Source of the DNA: an uncultured Clostridia bacterium
Lineage (GTDB): Bacteria; Bacillota; Clostridia; Oscillospirales; Acutalibacteraceae
NCBI GenBank assembly: GCA_946183545.1
Contig: CAMHCD010000001.1
Location: forward strand, 1-50,032
Reading direction: 5' to 3'
Length of the DNA: 50,032 bases
Shown here: positions 9,790-19,469 of the stretch, one piece after another
How positions within the stretch are numbered: the first letter of the stretch is position 1
How the letters are laid out: each line of letters starts with the position of its first letter
The notes under the pieces: model-generated
Databases searched by the model: none
Told to the model about the DNA's origin: nothing
The model's input: only the letters and a program-made list of their open reading frames with translations
Translations under genes and position numbers: made by a program

Positions 9790-10980
9790 ATGACAAATCA
9801 AAAAGGACGCTTCGGCGTACACGGCGGTCAATATATCCCCGAAACTCTGATGAACGCCGTTATCGAGCTGGAGGAAGCGTACGATCACTATAAAAACGAC
9901 CCTGAATTCAACCGTGAGCTGTCCGAGCTGTTCAACGATTACGCGGGCAGACCTTCAAGGCTGTACTACGCCAAAAAGATGACCGAGGATCTCGGCGGCG
10001 CTAAGATATACCTCAAACGCGAGGACTTGAACCACACCGGCGCTCACAAGATCAACAATGTTTTAGGTCAGGCGCTGCTTGCAAAAAAGATGGGAAAGAC
10101 CCGACTTATAGCCGAAACAGGCGCAGGTCAGCACGGAGTTGCCACCGCCACGGCAGCCGCCCTGATGGGCTTGGACTGTGTGGTGTTTATGGGTGAGGAG
10201 GACACCAAGCGTCAGGCGCTGAACGTATACCGCATGCGTCTGCTCGGCTCGGAGGTCGTCCCCGTAAAGAGCGGCACCGCTACCCTTAAGGACGCGGTAA
10301 GCGAGGCTATGCGCGAATGGACTACCCGTATCGCCGACACCCACTACTGCCTCGGCTCTGTAATGGGTCCCCATCCGTTCCCGACCATCGTGCGTGATTT
10401 TCAGGCGGTGATCTCCAAGGAGATCAAGGAACAGATGCTGCAAAAAGAGGGCAGGCTGCCCGACGCTGTGATCGCGTGCGTAGGCGGCGGCTCAAACGCT
10501 ATCGGCAGCTTCTATCACTTTATCGGCGACAGCAGCGTCCGTCTTATAGGCTGTGAAGCGGCAGGCAGAGGCATCGACACCTTTGAGACCGCCGCGACCA
10601 TCTCCACCGGCAGACTCGGCATCTTCCACGGCATGAAGTCATACTTTTGCCAGGATGAGGACGGTCAAATAGCGCCCGTATACTCCATCTCGGCAGGACT
10701 TGACTACCCCGGAGTAGGTCCCGAGCACGCTCACCTGCACGACATCGGCAGAGCGGAGTATGTTGCCGTCACGGACGAGGAGGCAGTCCGGGCGTTTGAA
10801 TACCTGTCCAAAACAGAGGGCATTATCCCGGCGATCGAATCCTCACACGCGGTAGCTCACGCTATCAAGATAGCTCCCGCTATGGATAAGGATAAGATTA
10901 TTGTAATTACCGTTTCCGGCAGAGGCGACAAGGACTGCGCGGCTATTGCGCGCTACAGAGGGGAGGATATCCATGAGTAA
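9790..10980 (+). CDS. trpB: Tryptophan synthase beta chain
   Basis: [15 protein letters not shown] (PLP Lys), [30 protein letters not shown]. Confidence 0.97.
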   Translation: MTNQKGRFGVHGGQYIPETLMNAVIELEEAYDHYKNDPEFNRELSELFNDYAGRPSRLYYAKKMTEDLGGAKIYLKREDLNHTGAHKINNVLGQALLAKKMGKTRLIAETGAGQHGVATATAAALMGLDCVVFMGEEDTKRQALNVYRMRLLGSEVVPVKSGTATLKDAVSEAMREWTTRIADTHYCLGSVMGPHPFPTIVRDFQAVISKEIKEQMLQKEGRLPDAVIACVGGGSNAIGSFYHFIGDSSVRLIGCEAAGRGIDTFETAATISTGRLGIFHGMKSYFCQDEDGQIAPVYSISAGLDYPGVGPEHAHLHDIGRAEYVAVTDEEAVRAFEYLSKTEGIIPAIESSHAVAHAIKIAPAMDKDKIIVITVSGRGDKDCAAIARYRGEDIHE

Positions 10981-11743
10981 TATCAAAAAGGCATTTGAGA
11001 ACGGCAAGGCGTTTATCCCGTTCATCACCTGCGGCGATCCCGATTTGGAAACCACCGCGGCGACTGTCAGAGCAGCTGTCGCTAACGGCGCGGACCTGAT
11101 CGAGCTGGGCATCCCCTTTTCCGACCCTACAGCCGAAGGACCTGTTATACAGGCGGCAAACATCCGCGCGCTTAAGGGTGGCGTTAAAACAGACAAGGTT
11201 TTCTCGCTTGTGCGTGAGCTGCGTAAGGATGTAACCGTTCCGATGGTGTTTATGACCTACGCGAACGTTGTGTTCTCCTACGGCTCGGAGCGGTTCATTT
11301 CCACCTGCGCGGAGATCGGTATCGACGGACTTATCCTGCCCGATATTCCGTTTGAGGAAAGGGAGGAGTTTTTGCCGGTTTGCCGCAAATACGGCGTGGA
11401 TTTGATTTCACTTATCGCGCCTACCTCCGAAAACCGTATCGGTATGATTGCAAAGGAAGCCGAGGGCTTCATCTACCTTGTTTCAAGTCTGGGAGTCACC
11501 GGCGTAAGGAGCGAGATCAATACAGACTTAGAGTCCATTGTTAGCATCATCCGCAAAAACACCGACATCCCCTGCGCTATAGGCTTCGGTATCTCCACTC
11601 CCGAACAGGCAAAGAAGATGGCGGATATTTCCGACGGCGCTATAGTCGGCTCCGCTATCATAAAACAGCTGGCTCAATACGGAACGGCTGCGCCAGAGCA
11701 TATAGGCGCGTATGTTAAGGAAATGAAGGACGCTATCCGCTGA
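10973..11743 (+). CDS. trpA: Tryptophan synthase alpha chain
   Basis: [35 protein letters not shown]; start ATG 10973 after GGAGG. Confidence 0.96.
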   Translation: MSNIKKAFENGKAFIPFITCGDPDLETTAATVRAAVANGADLIELGIPFSDPTAEGPVIQAANIRALKGGVKTDKVFSLVRELRKDVTVPMVFMTYANVVFSYGSERFISTCAEIGIDGLILPDIPFEEREEFLPVCRKYGVDLISLIAPTSENRIGMIAKEAEGFIYLVSSLGVTGVRSEINTDLESIVSIIRKNTDIPCAIGFGISTPEQAKKMADISDGAIVGSAIIKQLAQYGTAAPEHIGAYVKEMKDAIR

Positions 11744-11751
11744 CAAAAATA

Positions 11752-11910
11752 ATACTAATACCTAATAAAAAGTAGACAATCTTTGCGGTCTATTTTCCGC
11801 AATACTGCGTTGTCGTCCTTGCAAGGCGCCAGCCTTGCTGCGTTCTTCGCCTTGTCTTGCGAAAAATATCCTCGCAAAATATAAGTCTACTTTCTATCAG
11901 GAATTAGTAT
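11752..11910. repeat. 159-bp long imperfect palindrome (MITE/REP-like element)
   Basis: Ends ATACTAATACCTAATAAAAAGTAGAC and GTCTACTTTCTATCAGGAATTAGTAT match at 23/26 as inverted repeats; pairing continues inward (TTTGCG..TATTTT.CGCAA); central GCAAGGC-GCCA-GCCTTGC hairpin. Confidence 0.7.
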
Positions 11911-11912
11911 AA

Positions 11913-11972
11913 AAACATAAAAGGTCGGAAGCGCGGGCTGAAATTATACAAGCCTGTCTTCCGACCATGTTT
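11913..11972. terminator. Probable terminator hairpin between convergent trpA and mtnN
   Basis: GGTCGGAAG...CTTCCGACC stem (11923-11966) with AAACAT/ATGTTT flanks and an A-run on the left. Confidence 0.65.
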
Positions 11973-11986
11973 ATAAGGAAATGATA

Positions 11987-12679
11987 TCAGTCAAGCTGAA
12001 TAAACTTTTTGAGCGCCTTTATGGTTCTGTCCGCGGCAAGCTGCTTGAATTCCTCGTAGTTTTCCGCCTTGTTGAACTTTAGGTCGTCGCTGATGGAACG
12101 AAGAATTACAAACGGCACCTTGTTCATATAGCACACATGACCGACCGCGCCGCCCTCCATCTCGCAACAGAGCGCGTCAAACTCAAAGGCGATGAATTCG
12201 CGCTTGGAACGGTAAGTAACAAAGATATCGCCCGTCGCTATCCTGCCTACTTTAACATGAGCGCCGAGGTTCTGACAGCATTGAGCGAGCTTATCGCCTG
12301 CCTCCTTGTCGGCGGGAATGTCGATCCTCTTTTCGTCGGTAAACCAGATCTGACCTCTGGGCTCGCCCAGCTCGGTACAGTTGATGTCATGCTCAACGCA
12401 GTCGCTTGAAATAACTATATCGCCGACAGTAAGCTGCTTGGTAAGGCTTCCGGCTATGCCGGAGTTGATGACCACGTCGGGCTTATACAGGTCTATCATG
12501 ATCTGCGTGCCGACGGCAGCGTTGACCTTGCCCACGCCGCATTCCAGCAGCACAACGTCCTTGTCAAAAATCTTGCCGCTGAAAAACGTCAGCCCCGCCT
12601 TTGTTGTGGTTTCGGGGGAATCCATCAAGGTTTTTAAGCCTTCGACCTCGATTTTAAGTGCGCAAATAATGCCAATCAT
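11987..12679 (-). CDS. mtnN: 5'-methylthioadenosine/S-adenosylhomocysteine nucleosidase
   Basis: IGIICAL..E, GVGKVNAA, INSGIAG, ATGDIF, CEMEGGA, LRSISD. Confidence 0.92.
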   Translation of the reverse strand: MIGIICALKIEVEGLKTLMDSPETTTKAGLTFFSGKIFDKDVVLLECGVGKVNAAVGTQIMIDLYKPDVVINSGIAGSLTKQLTVGDIVISSDCVEHDINCTELGEPRGQIWFTDEKRIDIPADKEAGDKLAQCCQNLGAHVKVGRIATGDIFVTYRSKREFIAFEFDALCCEMEGGAVGHVCYMNKVPFVILRSISDDLKFNKAENYEEFKQLAADRTIKALKKFIQLD

Positions 12680-12777
12680 GTTCGGTTCACTCCTTTTTTA
12701 ATAAGGCAAAAGCGCGGAATTTCCGTCAGCTTGCCCAAATAATTATTATAAATCAGCTGTTTTTTTGCTTCATATTC

Positions 12778-12806
12778 AGTATACCACGGCGTATGGGTTT
12801 GTTCAA
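12778..12806 (-). promoter_or_regulatory. Putative sigma-A promoter for mtnN
   Basis: Minus strand TTGAAC, 17 nt, TATACT with extended -10 TG. Confidence 0.6.
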
Positions 12807-12826
12807 GTGTTTTTTGCTATTTATTC

Positions 12827-12855
12827 TTGAATAAAAAGAAAAGCTGTGATATAAT
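12827..12855 (+). promoter_or_regulatory. Putative sigma-A promoter for the YbjQ-family gene
   Basis: TTGAAT, 17 nt, TATAAT with extended -10 TG. Confidence 0.65.
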
Positions 12856-12909
12856 TACAAATACTAAATGCGCAAGCATATAAAAATCAATTATACAAGG
12901 AGAATTCAC

Positions 12910-13221
12910 ATGATTGTTGTTAACACCCCCACTATTGAAGGAAGAAATTTACAGATGCTCAGCATGGTTTCGGGCAACACCGTTCAGTCCAAGAACGCGT
13001 TCAAGGACATCGGCGCAGGCTTCCGTAACCTTGTAGGCGGCGAAGTCGGCTCCTACACCAAGATGCTTGCGGAAGCGCGTGACGTTGCTGTACAGCGCAT
13101 GATAAGTCAGGCTCAGAGCATGGGCGCGGACGCAATCGTAAACGTTCACTTTTCCAGCGCGTCTATTATGGAAGGCGCGGCGGAGATCCTCGCATGGGGC
13201 ACCGCGGTCAAGTTCTGCTGA
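12910..13221 (+). CDS. YbjQ/UPF0145 family protein (putative heavy-metal-binding)
   Basis: MIVVNTPTIEG...KDIGAGFRNLVGGE...YTKML.EAR...GADAIV...EILAWGTAVK; start ATG 12910 after AAGGAG. Confidence 0.88.
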   Translation: MIVVNTPTIEGRNLQMLSMVSGNTVQSKNAFKDIGAGFRNLVGGEVGSYTKMLAEARDVAVQRMISQAQSMGADAIVNVHFSSASIMEGAAEILAWGTAVKFC

Positions 13222-13234
13222 TTTTATTCAACAC

Positions 13235-13282
13235 AAAACGGGTCTGACTCAAACTCATAGGAGTTTTGGGTCAGACCCTTTT
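13235..13282. terminator. Bidirectional terminator
   Basis: AAAA-GGGTCTGAC...GTCAGACCC-TTTT between convergent genes. Confidence 0.8.
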
Positions 13283-13292
13283 ACTTATTTTG

Positions 13293-14063
13293 TTATTTTA
13301 CGTCGCGTGACTCAAAGGTTTTCACTGTCAGCAGCAAAAAGCCTACGATAAACACGGCGGAAACGATAAGCGCGTTAACTACCAGCGAACCGGTTTCCAC
13401 GTTGACGGAGCCCATCAGGGCGTCAGGCATATAATCGCCGAAGCTGAAGTTCTGCCACTTAAAGACAGTAGCAACAGCTGTATTGATTCCCAAATATGCA
13501 AGCGAAAGCGCGTTGACCGCAAAGATGACCGCTGCAATAACCGCAAAGGTCTTGCTGTTCAAGCCCACTGTGATGAACAGGAAAATGGAGGCGATCGCCA
13601 TGGAGAGCAGCCATTTGAGCAGCAGGGTCAGCAGTGCGCTCCCTATGTTGCCTTCTAAAGAAAGCGTGCCGCCCAGCGCTGCGCCGAGAACGCATGAAGC
13701 CGAACCTACAACAAAGAAGATCAGGTTATGGATACCGACTACAACAAACTTTGCGATAGCAATGTTGCCTCTTCTTTTTACCTGACCGGCAATGTTCTTT
13801 ATATATCCGCCGGTAAAGTCGCTGTACAGGAAGGATACAGCCGACATAAATACGCAGAGCATAAGCAATCCTATACTCATTGGGGATGAGATCATATCAG
13901 AGATCTTGGAAGGCGATGTCGCCTGATTCGGCACGATCAACCGAAACACCACGGGAATTACCGCGTTGAGAAGTACATTGATGCCGAACACAACGCCCAG
14001 CAGCACGTAAAACATCTTGGTGGTTCTTAGCTTATACCACTCCATCTTGATCAAATTATTCAT
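13293..14063 (-). CDS. ABC-2 type permease (BcrB/lantibiotic-immunity-like)
   Basis: MNNLIKMEWYKL start, six hydrophobic segments, DFTGGYIKN motif, C-terminal RDVK; overlaps the ATPase gene. Confidence 0.82.
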   Translation of the reverse strand: MNNLIKMEWYKLRTTKMFYVLLGVVFGINVLLNAVIPVVFRLIVPNQATSPSKISDMISSPMSIGLLMLCVFMSAVSFLYSDFTGGYIKNIAGQVKRRGNIAIAKFVVVGIHNLIFFVVGSASCVLGAALGGTLSLEGNIGSALLTLLLKWLLSMAIASIFLFITVGLNSKTFAVIAAVIFAVNALSLAYLGINTAVATVFKWQNFSFGDYMPDALMGSVNVETGSLVVNALIVSAVFIVGFLLLTVKTFESRDVK

Positions 14064-14946
14064 TTCTGTTACCTCCCGTCAGGCTAAAGTAGTAGTCCTC
14101 AAGCGAAATATTGGACACATGCAGTTCATGAACGTCGATACCGCCGTTGACCAGTGTTCTGTTGATTTCCGCCGCTCTTTCGATCCCTTCGTCAACACGA
14201 ACGCAGTTGCCGGTGATCGAAACGGTATCAATGCCCATTGAGCGGATAACATCAAGCGCCTTGTTGTTGTCGTTGGTAACTATATTAATATACTTTCCGC
14301 AGCGGCGTATAAGCTCCTCGTTGGTGAACTCGTCGATCAGCACGCCCTGGTTGATAATGCCGTAGGAATCCGCTATCTTGCCGAGCTCGTCGAGGATGTG
14401 GCTGGATACCATAACGGTAATGCCCTTTTCATCCCTGAGTTTTTCAAGAGTCTGTCTTATCTCGGCGATACCCTGAGGGTCAAGACCGTTGATGGGTTCG
14501 TCCAGCACGATAAGCTTTGGGTCGCCGGCGAGCGCCAATGCGATACCCAGACGCTGGCGCATACCCAGCGAGAACGAGCCGGCAGGCTTTTTGCCTGTGT
14601 CCGCAAGTCCGACGGTTTCCAGCAGACCGTCAACGTATTCCTTGGTATAGCAGTTCTTGGCGATACACTTTATTTTAAGGTTGTCGAACGCGGAGCGCTT
14701 TGGGTAGATACCCGGGCTTTCTATCAGCACGCCGATACCCGCCTTGTTGTCTCCGTGATATGTATAGCTGCCGCTTGTGGGCTTGGAAAGACCGCTTATC
14801 ATACGCATGATAGTGGTTTTTCCTGCGCCGTTCCTGCCGATCAAGCCATAGATCTCACCCTCGCGAATACGAATATTGATGTTGCCCGCGGCAACCTTTT
14901 CGCCGTATTTCTTGGTGAGGTTTTCAGTCGTTAAAATAAATTCCAT
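14056..14946 (-). CDS. ABC transporter ATP-binding protein (BcrA-like)
   Basis: Walker A GRNGAGKTT, FSLGMRQRLG signature, LDEPINGLDP, SSHIL. Confidence 0.92.
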   Translation of the reverse strand: MEFILTTENLTKKYGEKVAAGNINIRIREGEIYGLIGRNGAGKTTIMRMISGLSKPTSGSYTYHGDNKAGIGVLIESPGIYPKRSAFDNLKIKCIAKNCYTKEYVDGLLETVGLADTGKKPAGSFSLGMRQRLGIALALAGDPKLIVLDEPINGLDPQGIAEIRQTLEKLRDEKGITVMVSSHILDELGKIADSYGIINQGVLIDEFTNEELIRRCGKYINIVTNDNNKALDVIRSMGIDTVSITGNCVRVDEGIERAAEINRTLVNGGIDVHELHVSNISLEDYYFSLTGGNRNE

Positions 14947-15016
14947 ACTGTTCTCTCCTTTACTGTGTTGTGAAGGACAACGGAGTGTTTCTTCCTTTGC
15001 GCCTTAACTATTTGGT

Positions 15017-15050
15017 ATTATATCACAAAGAGCATTACAAAACCATAACA
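15017..15050 (-). promoter_or_regulatory. Promoter of the ABC operon with an OmpR/WalR-type direct repeat
   Basis: Minus strand TGTTAT-N5-TGTAAT, 11 nt, TATAAT with extended -10 TG. Confidence 0.6.
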
Positions 15051-15080
15051 AAAAGAAATTCTTTTAAACTTTAATTTTAT

Positions 15081-15114
15081 TGTAAATATTTTGTTATACT
15101 CGGTGTGTTATACT
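15081..15114 (+). promoter_or_regulatory. Promoter of the small ORF with an OmpR/WalR-type direct repeat
   Basis: TGTAAA-N5-TGTTAT, 11 nt, TATACT with extended -10 TG; same geometry as the divergent promoter. Confidence 0.6.
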
Positions 15115-15145
15115 GGGCACATCAAACAGCAAAGGAGACAGTAAA

Positions 15146-15340
15146 ATGATCAAAACATTGATTTTTGCCATTGGCGCGGCTACTGTCGCAGCATCGGCAG
15201 CAAAGGCAGTCACAACAAAAGCGCCCCTGAGTACAAAAGGAGCGCGGCATACACTTCCCGACGAAAACAGAACCGCCGTGATAGATATGCACAACGAGCC
15301 TGTCGAAAAGAAATATCAAATGGATTATATGTTTGTATAA
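15146..15340 (+). CDS. Small hypothetical protein (64 aa) with a signal-peptide-like N-terminus
   Basis: AAAGGAG RBS 8 nt upstream, dedicated promoter and downstream terminator; MIKTLIFAIGAATVAASAAKA hydrophobic/Ala-rich start. Confidence 0.65.
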   Translation: MIKTLIFAIGAATVAASAAKAVTTKAPLSTKGARHTLPDENRTAVIDMHNEPVEKKYQMDYMFV

Positions 15341-15346
15341 ACCATA

Positions 15347-15393
15347 CCGCACTGCTTAGGCGCTTGCCCGGGCAGTGCGGCAGTTTTTATTTT
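15347..15393 (+). terminator. Terminator after the small ORF (possibly shared with the convergent EAL gene)
   Basis: CCGCACTGC...GCAGTGCGG stem followed by CAGTTTTTATTTT. Confidence 0.72.
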
Positions 15394-18385
15394 ACTGAAT
15401 ATTATTACCGTGGTTCATCCGCGCGGCAACGTTGGTTACACCCACGATAAGCTGCTTCTTGTTTTTCTCAGTGATCAATGCCGCCATCAGGGTAACGGGT
15501 GTGGCTATACCGTTGGTTATCAGATGGTAGTTGAGCATAAACATTCCGTTGTCTTCTATCGCACGGAGGATGTTCTCCTTTGTCCATGCCTTGGTGAATA
15601 TTTCATAATCCTCGGGAGCGATACAATTCCTGCCGTTTTCAAGCGTTTCCGCAAAGAAATCCTCGCCCTGATCTGGAAGCGCCAGATAACCGTAGGAGGA
15701 AATGTCGGACGACTTTCTATAACGGTTTGTCACGGGATCGACCATATACACACAAATGAATTCTCCCGACAGCGCGGCAATACGCGAATACTTATCACGC
15801 TCGTTCTTTAAGTGATCGAGCGCCTCCTGTTGTCTGATTTGCGCGTCTACGTTATTGACACCGATGACCAAGTGATCCGGGTCATCCTTTGCCTTAACCG
15901 CCTTTAGGCTTACAAAGGTAGGTATACCGTCGATCATCAGCCGATAGCTCAGCGTAAACGAACCGCGGTCATCTATTGCGCGGAGGATGGTATCTTTATT
16001 GAACGCCCTTTTAAATAATTCCTGATCCTTTTTGCTGATCAGGCGCAGCGCGTCGTTTCTGCTCGCCTCGAAAAAGTCATTGCCGTGACGCTCGACCGCG
16101 GAATCGGAGCTGTATTCGATATATTTATCGTTTTTGATATTGACGTAAAACAGGTTGATATAGTCGGAGGACAGCACCTTGGCAAGGTGGGTAAAGGTCA
16201 TGGGCATATCCTTGGAGTCGGTCACCGCCAGTATAACTACAGCGATAGCCTTTGTACCGGTTACAGGATTGACGGCAAGGTGTTTTACAAAGCCCTGCAC
16301 GACCGAACCGTTGCTGAGCTCTTCGTTGACCATCATTTTATTTAAGATTTCGTTGCACTCCCCTGCAGCCTTAATAATACCGCTGCCCTGCTTGTTTTCC
16401 GATTCGGAAAAGTACAGCCATTCGCCCATTGTCAGCTTATTGCCGAACAATTTGTCAAGCGCGGCACGGAAGCTGTTGTTGCAGCGCGCCATGCGGAACT
16501 GCTCGTCGTTCATTTCAAAAATCGCCATAGGCACGGTATTGAAGTAACGCTCAAACGCCGCCTTGTCCTCGTTGGACACGATGGCGAGGTCATACAGATT
16601 GATTTTTCCTATAGCCGCGTAGTAATCGGTTTCGTCGGGGTTTTCAAAGCCGATTTGCGTGCCTTTGCGGTAGCGTTCCAAAATATCCTGCATCGGGATA
16701 GGGCGGCAGAAGTAATAGCCCTGCATTTTGGTACAGCCGACCATGCGCAAGAATTCGACCTGCTCCTCTGTTTCCACGCCCTCGCAGACCGTGTCGATAC
16801 CAAGCGCAATAGCCATGCGGATAAGCTCGGTGAGCATGATACGGCTTTTTTCGCTGATATCAAAGTCCTTCATAAAGCGCATGTCGAATTTGATCAGGTC
16901 AAAGCGGATCCTTTGCAGCATATCAAGCGAGGAGTAGCCGCTGCCGAAGTCGTCCATCCAAACCTTAAAGCCAAGACTGCGGAAGCGTTCGATCTGCTCC
17001 TTCATGAACTCAAAATCCTTGCCTACCGAGGATTCGGTCACTTCGATTATCAGCTTGTCACGACCGATACCTGCGTCGTCAACACGGCGGCGGATCTCTT
17101 CGACCATGTCGCAGGCGTCAAAATCCACGCGCGACAGATTAACGGAAACAGGAACCTCAAACAGTCCCTCTTCCCGGTGAATTTTTAGTTTTTCGATAAT
17201 TTGGTCTACGATAAATAAGTCGAGCTTGTATATAAGCCTGGCTTCCTCCAAAATAGGAATAAAGAAAGCCGGAGACAGCCAGCCTCTTTCGGGGTCGTTC
17301 CAGCGCGCCAACGCCTCCTCGTCACACACTCTGCCGTTTGCGGTACGGATAATGGGCTGGTTATACATTTGTATCCCGCCCTCGGCAAGCATCTTTTCAA
17401 AGTTATCTATTATGTACTGTGAAGCCTCCGCCTTTTCAAGCATTGAGGTATCAAAGTAACGGAAGCCCGAAACAAAGGCGTTGCGCATGGTGTCGCAGGC
17501 ATACTTTGCCCTGTCGCAGGCGGTGCTGACGTCGGTCAAGCCGTCAACGTCAAGATAAATACCCACGCGCACGGGCAGCGACACGGAAGCGCCGGTGGTA
17601 TTGCACTCGGCAAACAGACTGCGCAGCGTCAATTCCAAATTATCCGAATGTGTAAATACACAGAAGTTATCGGCGTTGAAGCGGCTGCAGTTTTCGTTGC
17701 TGAACTGATTTTTCAGAACCCCGGCAAACCGCCGCAAAAGCTTGTCGCCCTCGGAAAAACCGTATTTGCGGTTGTAGTACCTCATTCCGCACAAGTCCAT
17801 AAACAGCAGCGCGGGAGTTTTTCCCAAGCCAACCGTTATTTTGCGCCATGCCTCGGCAAGCTCAAAGAAATACGACATATTAGGCAGCCCTGTCAGTACG
17901 TCATAGTAATTCTCTTTTAACATGCTGTCCTCGTGCAGAGTTTTATAAAGAGAAGATGTCAGCTTATTCTCCTTGTTTTCACTCTCGCTCTCGGCGGAGT
18001 AAACGCCCTCGTCGGTATACCAAACATAGGCAAGGCGCGTGCCGTCTTCGGTATAAACGTGCTCGCCGATCGCGTGGATTATATTGTATTCGGGGCGGTT
18101 TTTTGTAAGTGATCTGTAAATGACCTCGTATTTTCCGCCCTGTGTGGCAAAACGGAACGCTTCGCTTGCAATGCTCGCGACATCGTCCGGATGCGTATCG
18201 ACATACCTGTCGTTTTCAATATCATGATACGCTTTTTCCTTGTCGTCGTAGCCAAAAAGCTCGCATAATCCGTCGGACAGCATAACTGTGACCACACGCT
18301 TGTTTATAAACTGATATACCGCAAACGGTACACGCAGCTTTTCCAGCACCGCCATTGTTGCGGGATCAAAAAAATATCTGTCCAT
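15392..18385 (-). CDS. c-di-GMP phosphodiesterase: PAS-like, degenerate GGDEF, intact EAL, C-terminal PAS-like repeats
   Basis: YDVLTGLPN with RFNADNF in place of GGDEF; EAL motifs EEALARW, VSVNLS, IEVTES, DDFGSGYSS, IKFD, EGVE, QGY all present. Confidence 0.88.
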   Translation of the reverse strand: MDRYFFDPATMAVLEKLRVPFAVYQFINKRVVTVMLSDGLCELFGYDDKEKAYHDIENDRYVDTHPDDVASIASEAFRFATQGGKYEVIYRSLTKNRPEYNIIHAIGEHVYTEDGTRLAYVWYTDEGVYSAESESENKENKLTSSLYKTLHEDSMLKENYYDVLTGLPNMSYFFELAEAWRKITVGLGKTPALLFMDLCGMRYYNRKYGFSEGDKLLRRFAGVLKNQFSNENCSRFNADNFCVFTHSDNLELTLRSLFAECNTTGASVSLPVRVGIYLDVDGLTDVSTACDRAKYACDTMRNAFVSGFRYFDTSMLEKAEASQYIIDNFEKMLAEGGIQMYNQPIIRTANGRVCDEEALARWNDPERGWLSPAFFIPILEEARLIYKLDLFIVDQIIEKLKIHREEGLFEVPVSVNLSRVDFDACDMVEEIRRRVDDAGIGRDKLIIEVTESSVGKDFEFMKEQIERFRSLGFKVWMDDFGSGYSSLDMLQRIRFDLIKFDMRFMKDFDISEKSRIMLTELIRMAIALGIDTVCEGVETEEQVEFLRMVGCTKMQGYYFCRPIPMQDILERYRKGTQIGFENPDETDYYAAIGKINLYDLAIVSNEDKAAFERYFNTVPMAIFEMNDEQFRMARCNNSFRAALDKLFGNKLTMGEWLYFSESENKQGSGIIKAAGECNEILNKMMVNEELSNGSVVQGFVKHLAVNPVTGTKAIAVVILAVTDSKDMPMTFTHLAKVLSSDYINLFYVNIKNDKYIEYSSDSAVERHGNDFFEASRNDALRLISKKDQELFKRAFNKDTILRAIDDRGSFTLSYRLMIDGIPTFVSLKAVKAKDDPDHLVIGVNNVDAQIRQQEALDHLKNERDKYSRIAALSGEFICVYMVDPVTNRYRKSSDISSYGYLALPDQGEDFFAETLENGRNCIAPEDYEIFTKAWTKENILRAIEDNGMFMLNYHLITNGIATPVTLMAALITEKNKKQLIVGVTNVAARMNHGNNIQ

Positions 18386-18476
18386 TTCCGTCCCTCCTGC
18401 ACTAAAGTAGCATGCATCGTTAGTGTTTATTATTCCTTCCGATTATTTACAGTACTGCATATAATTATCTAAGCTA

Positions 18477-18505
18477 ATAATACCCCTTTTCCGCCAAAAA
18501 GTCAA
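18477..18505 (-). promoter_or_regulatory. Putative sigma-A promoter for the EAL gene
   Basis: Minus strand TTGACT, 17 nt, TATTAT. Confidence 0.6.
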
Positions 18506-18704
18506 TGACATTTTAGCTATTTTTATGTATGATTTGCTAATAATCATTGTTTTTTTCTTTGCGTTTTATATATGTCCTAAAGGCATCCGCTTATACTTTT
18601 TCTTGTTGACCGGTAAAAAATGCAAGTTTAAGTATCAAAAATTGCAGGCATATTATAACTATTGAATCACTTATTTAACATAATTTGATTTTTTATATAA
18701 CACA

Positions 18705-18733
18705 TTGACAAATTACACCCTATATGATAAGAT
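18705..18733 (+). promoter_or_regulatory. Sigma-A promoter of the glycan locus
   Basis: TTGACA (18705-18710), 17 nt, TAAGAT with extended -10 TG. Confidence 0.7.
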
Positions 18734-18854
18734 GTTAGTTGGGATAATTTTATGTTTTTATGACACTTTAAAGGCATATGATATATAACGCGGCATGCGC
18801 AGGCTCAACGCCGCATCCTAATTTGTAAGCATGAAGCTTGGGTGAGTCTAAACA

Positions 18855-19469
18855 ATGACAATAACTATCAGAAAAATCGAACCTGATGAAAAGGATGCGT
18901 TAAACACGGTTGTTGACTTGCATTTACTTACCTTCAAGGGCTTCTTTTTGTCATCCATGGACCGTGGGTTTTTATACTGTATGTATCGCTCGATGTGTGA
19001 GTTTGAGGACAGCACGGTGCTGATGGCGTTTGACGGAGACCGTCCTATCGGGTTTATAGCTTATGTCACCAATATCAGCAATCTATATAAGTATATGATC
19101 CAACGGCACCTGTTGACCTTTGGATGGCATTCTTTCTTGGCGTTTTTGCGTAAGCCGTCTATTTGCGCCAAGCTGTTCCGCGCGTTGAAAATGCCGTCCA
19201 CAACCAAGCGCAACGTCCGTACCGTAAAGCTGTCGTCTATCGGCGTTGACCCTGAGTACCGCAAGCACGGCGTAGGATCAAAGCTGATCACCGAGATGAA
19301 GAACAACACGGATTTTGACATAATCGACTATATTACACTTGAAACCGACGCGGTCGACAATGATCACGCTAACGCGTTTTATAAAAAGAACGAATTCAGA
19401 TTTTCTTATCAGTTTGTCACTCCCGAGGGAAGAGCGATGAACGTATACCACTATCGCAAAAAAACATGA
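18855..19469 (+). CDS. GNAT family N-acetyltransferase
   Basis: LSSIGVDPEYRKHGVGSKL acetyl-CoA motif A; N..ANAFYKKNEF motif B. Confidence 0.88.
   Translation: MTITIRKIEPDEKDALNTVVDLHLLTFKGFFLSSMDRGFLYCMYRSMCEFEDSTVLMAFDGDRPIGFIAYVTNISNLYKYMIQRHLLTFGWHSFLAFLRKPSICAKLFRALKMPSTTKRNVRTVKLSSIGVDPEYRKHGVGSKLITEMKNNTDFDIIDYITLETDAVDNDHANAFYKKNEFRFSYQFVTPEGRAMNVYHYRKKT

Noticed and set aside
12704-12736. Hairpin in the mtnN 5' UTR (GGCAA...TTGCC) as a SAH/SAM or c-di-GMP riboswitch
   Set aside because: Too short and lacks the conserved cores of those riboswitch classes as far as I can see
18789-18817. GCGGC...GCCGC hairpin in the glycan operon leader as an antitermination signal
   Set aside because: Only a short stem, and no NusG-paralog (LoaP/UpxY) gene in the window
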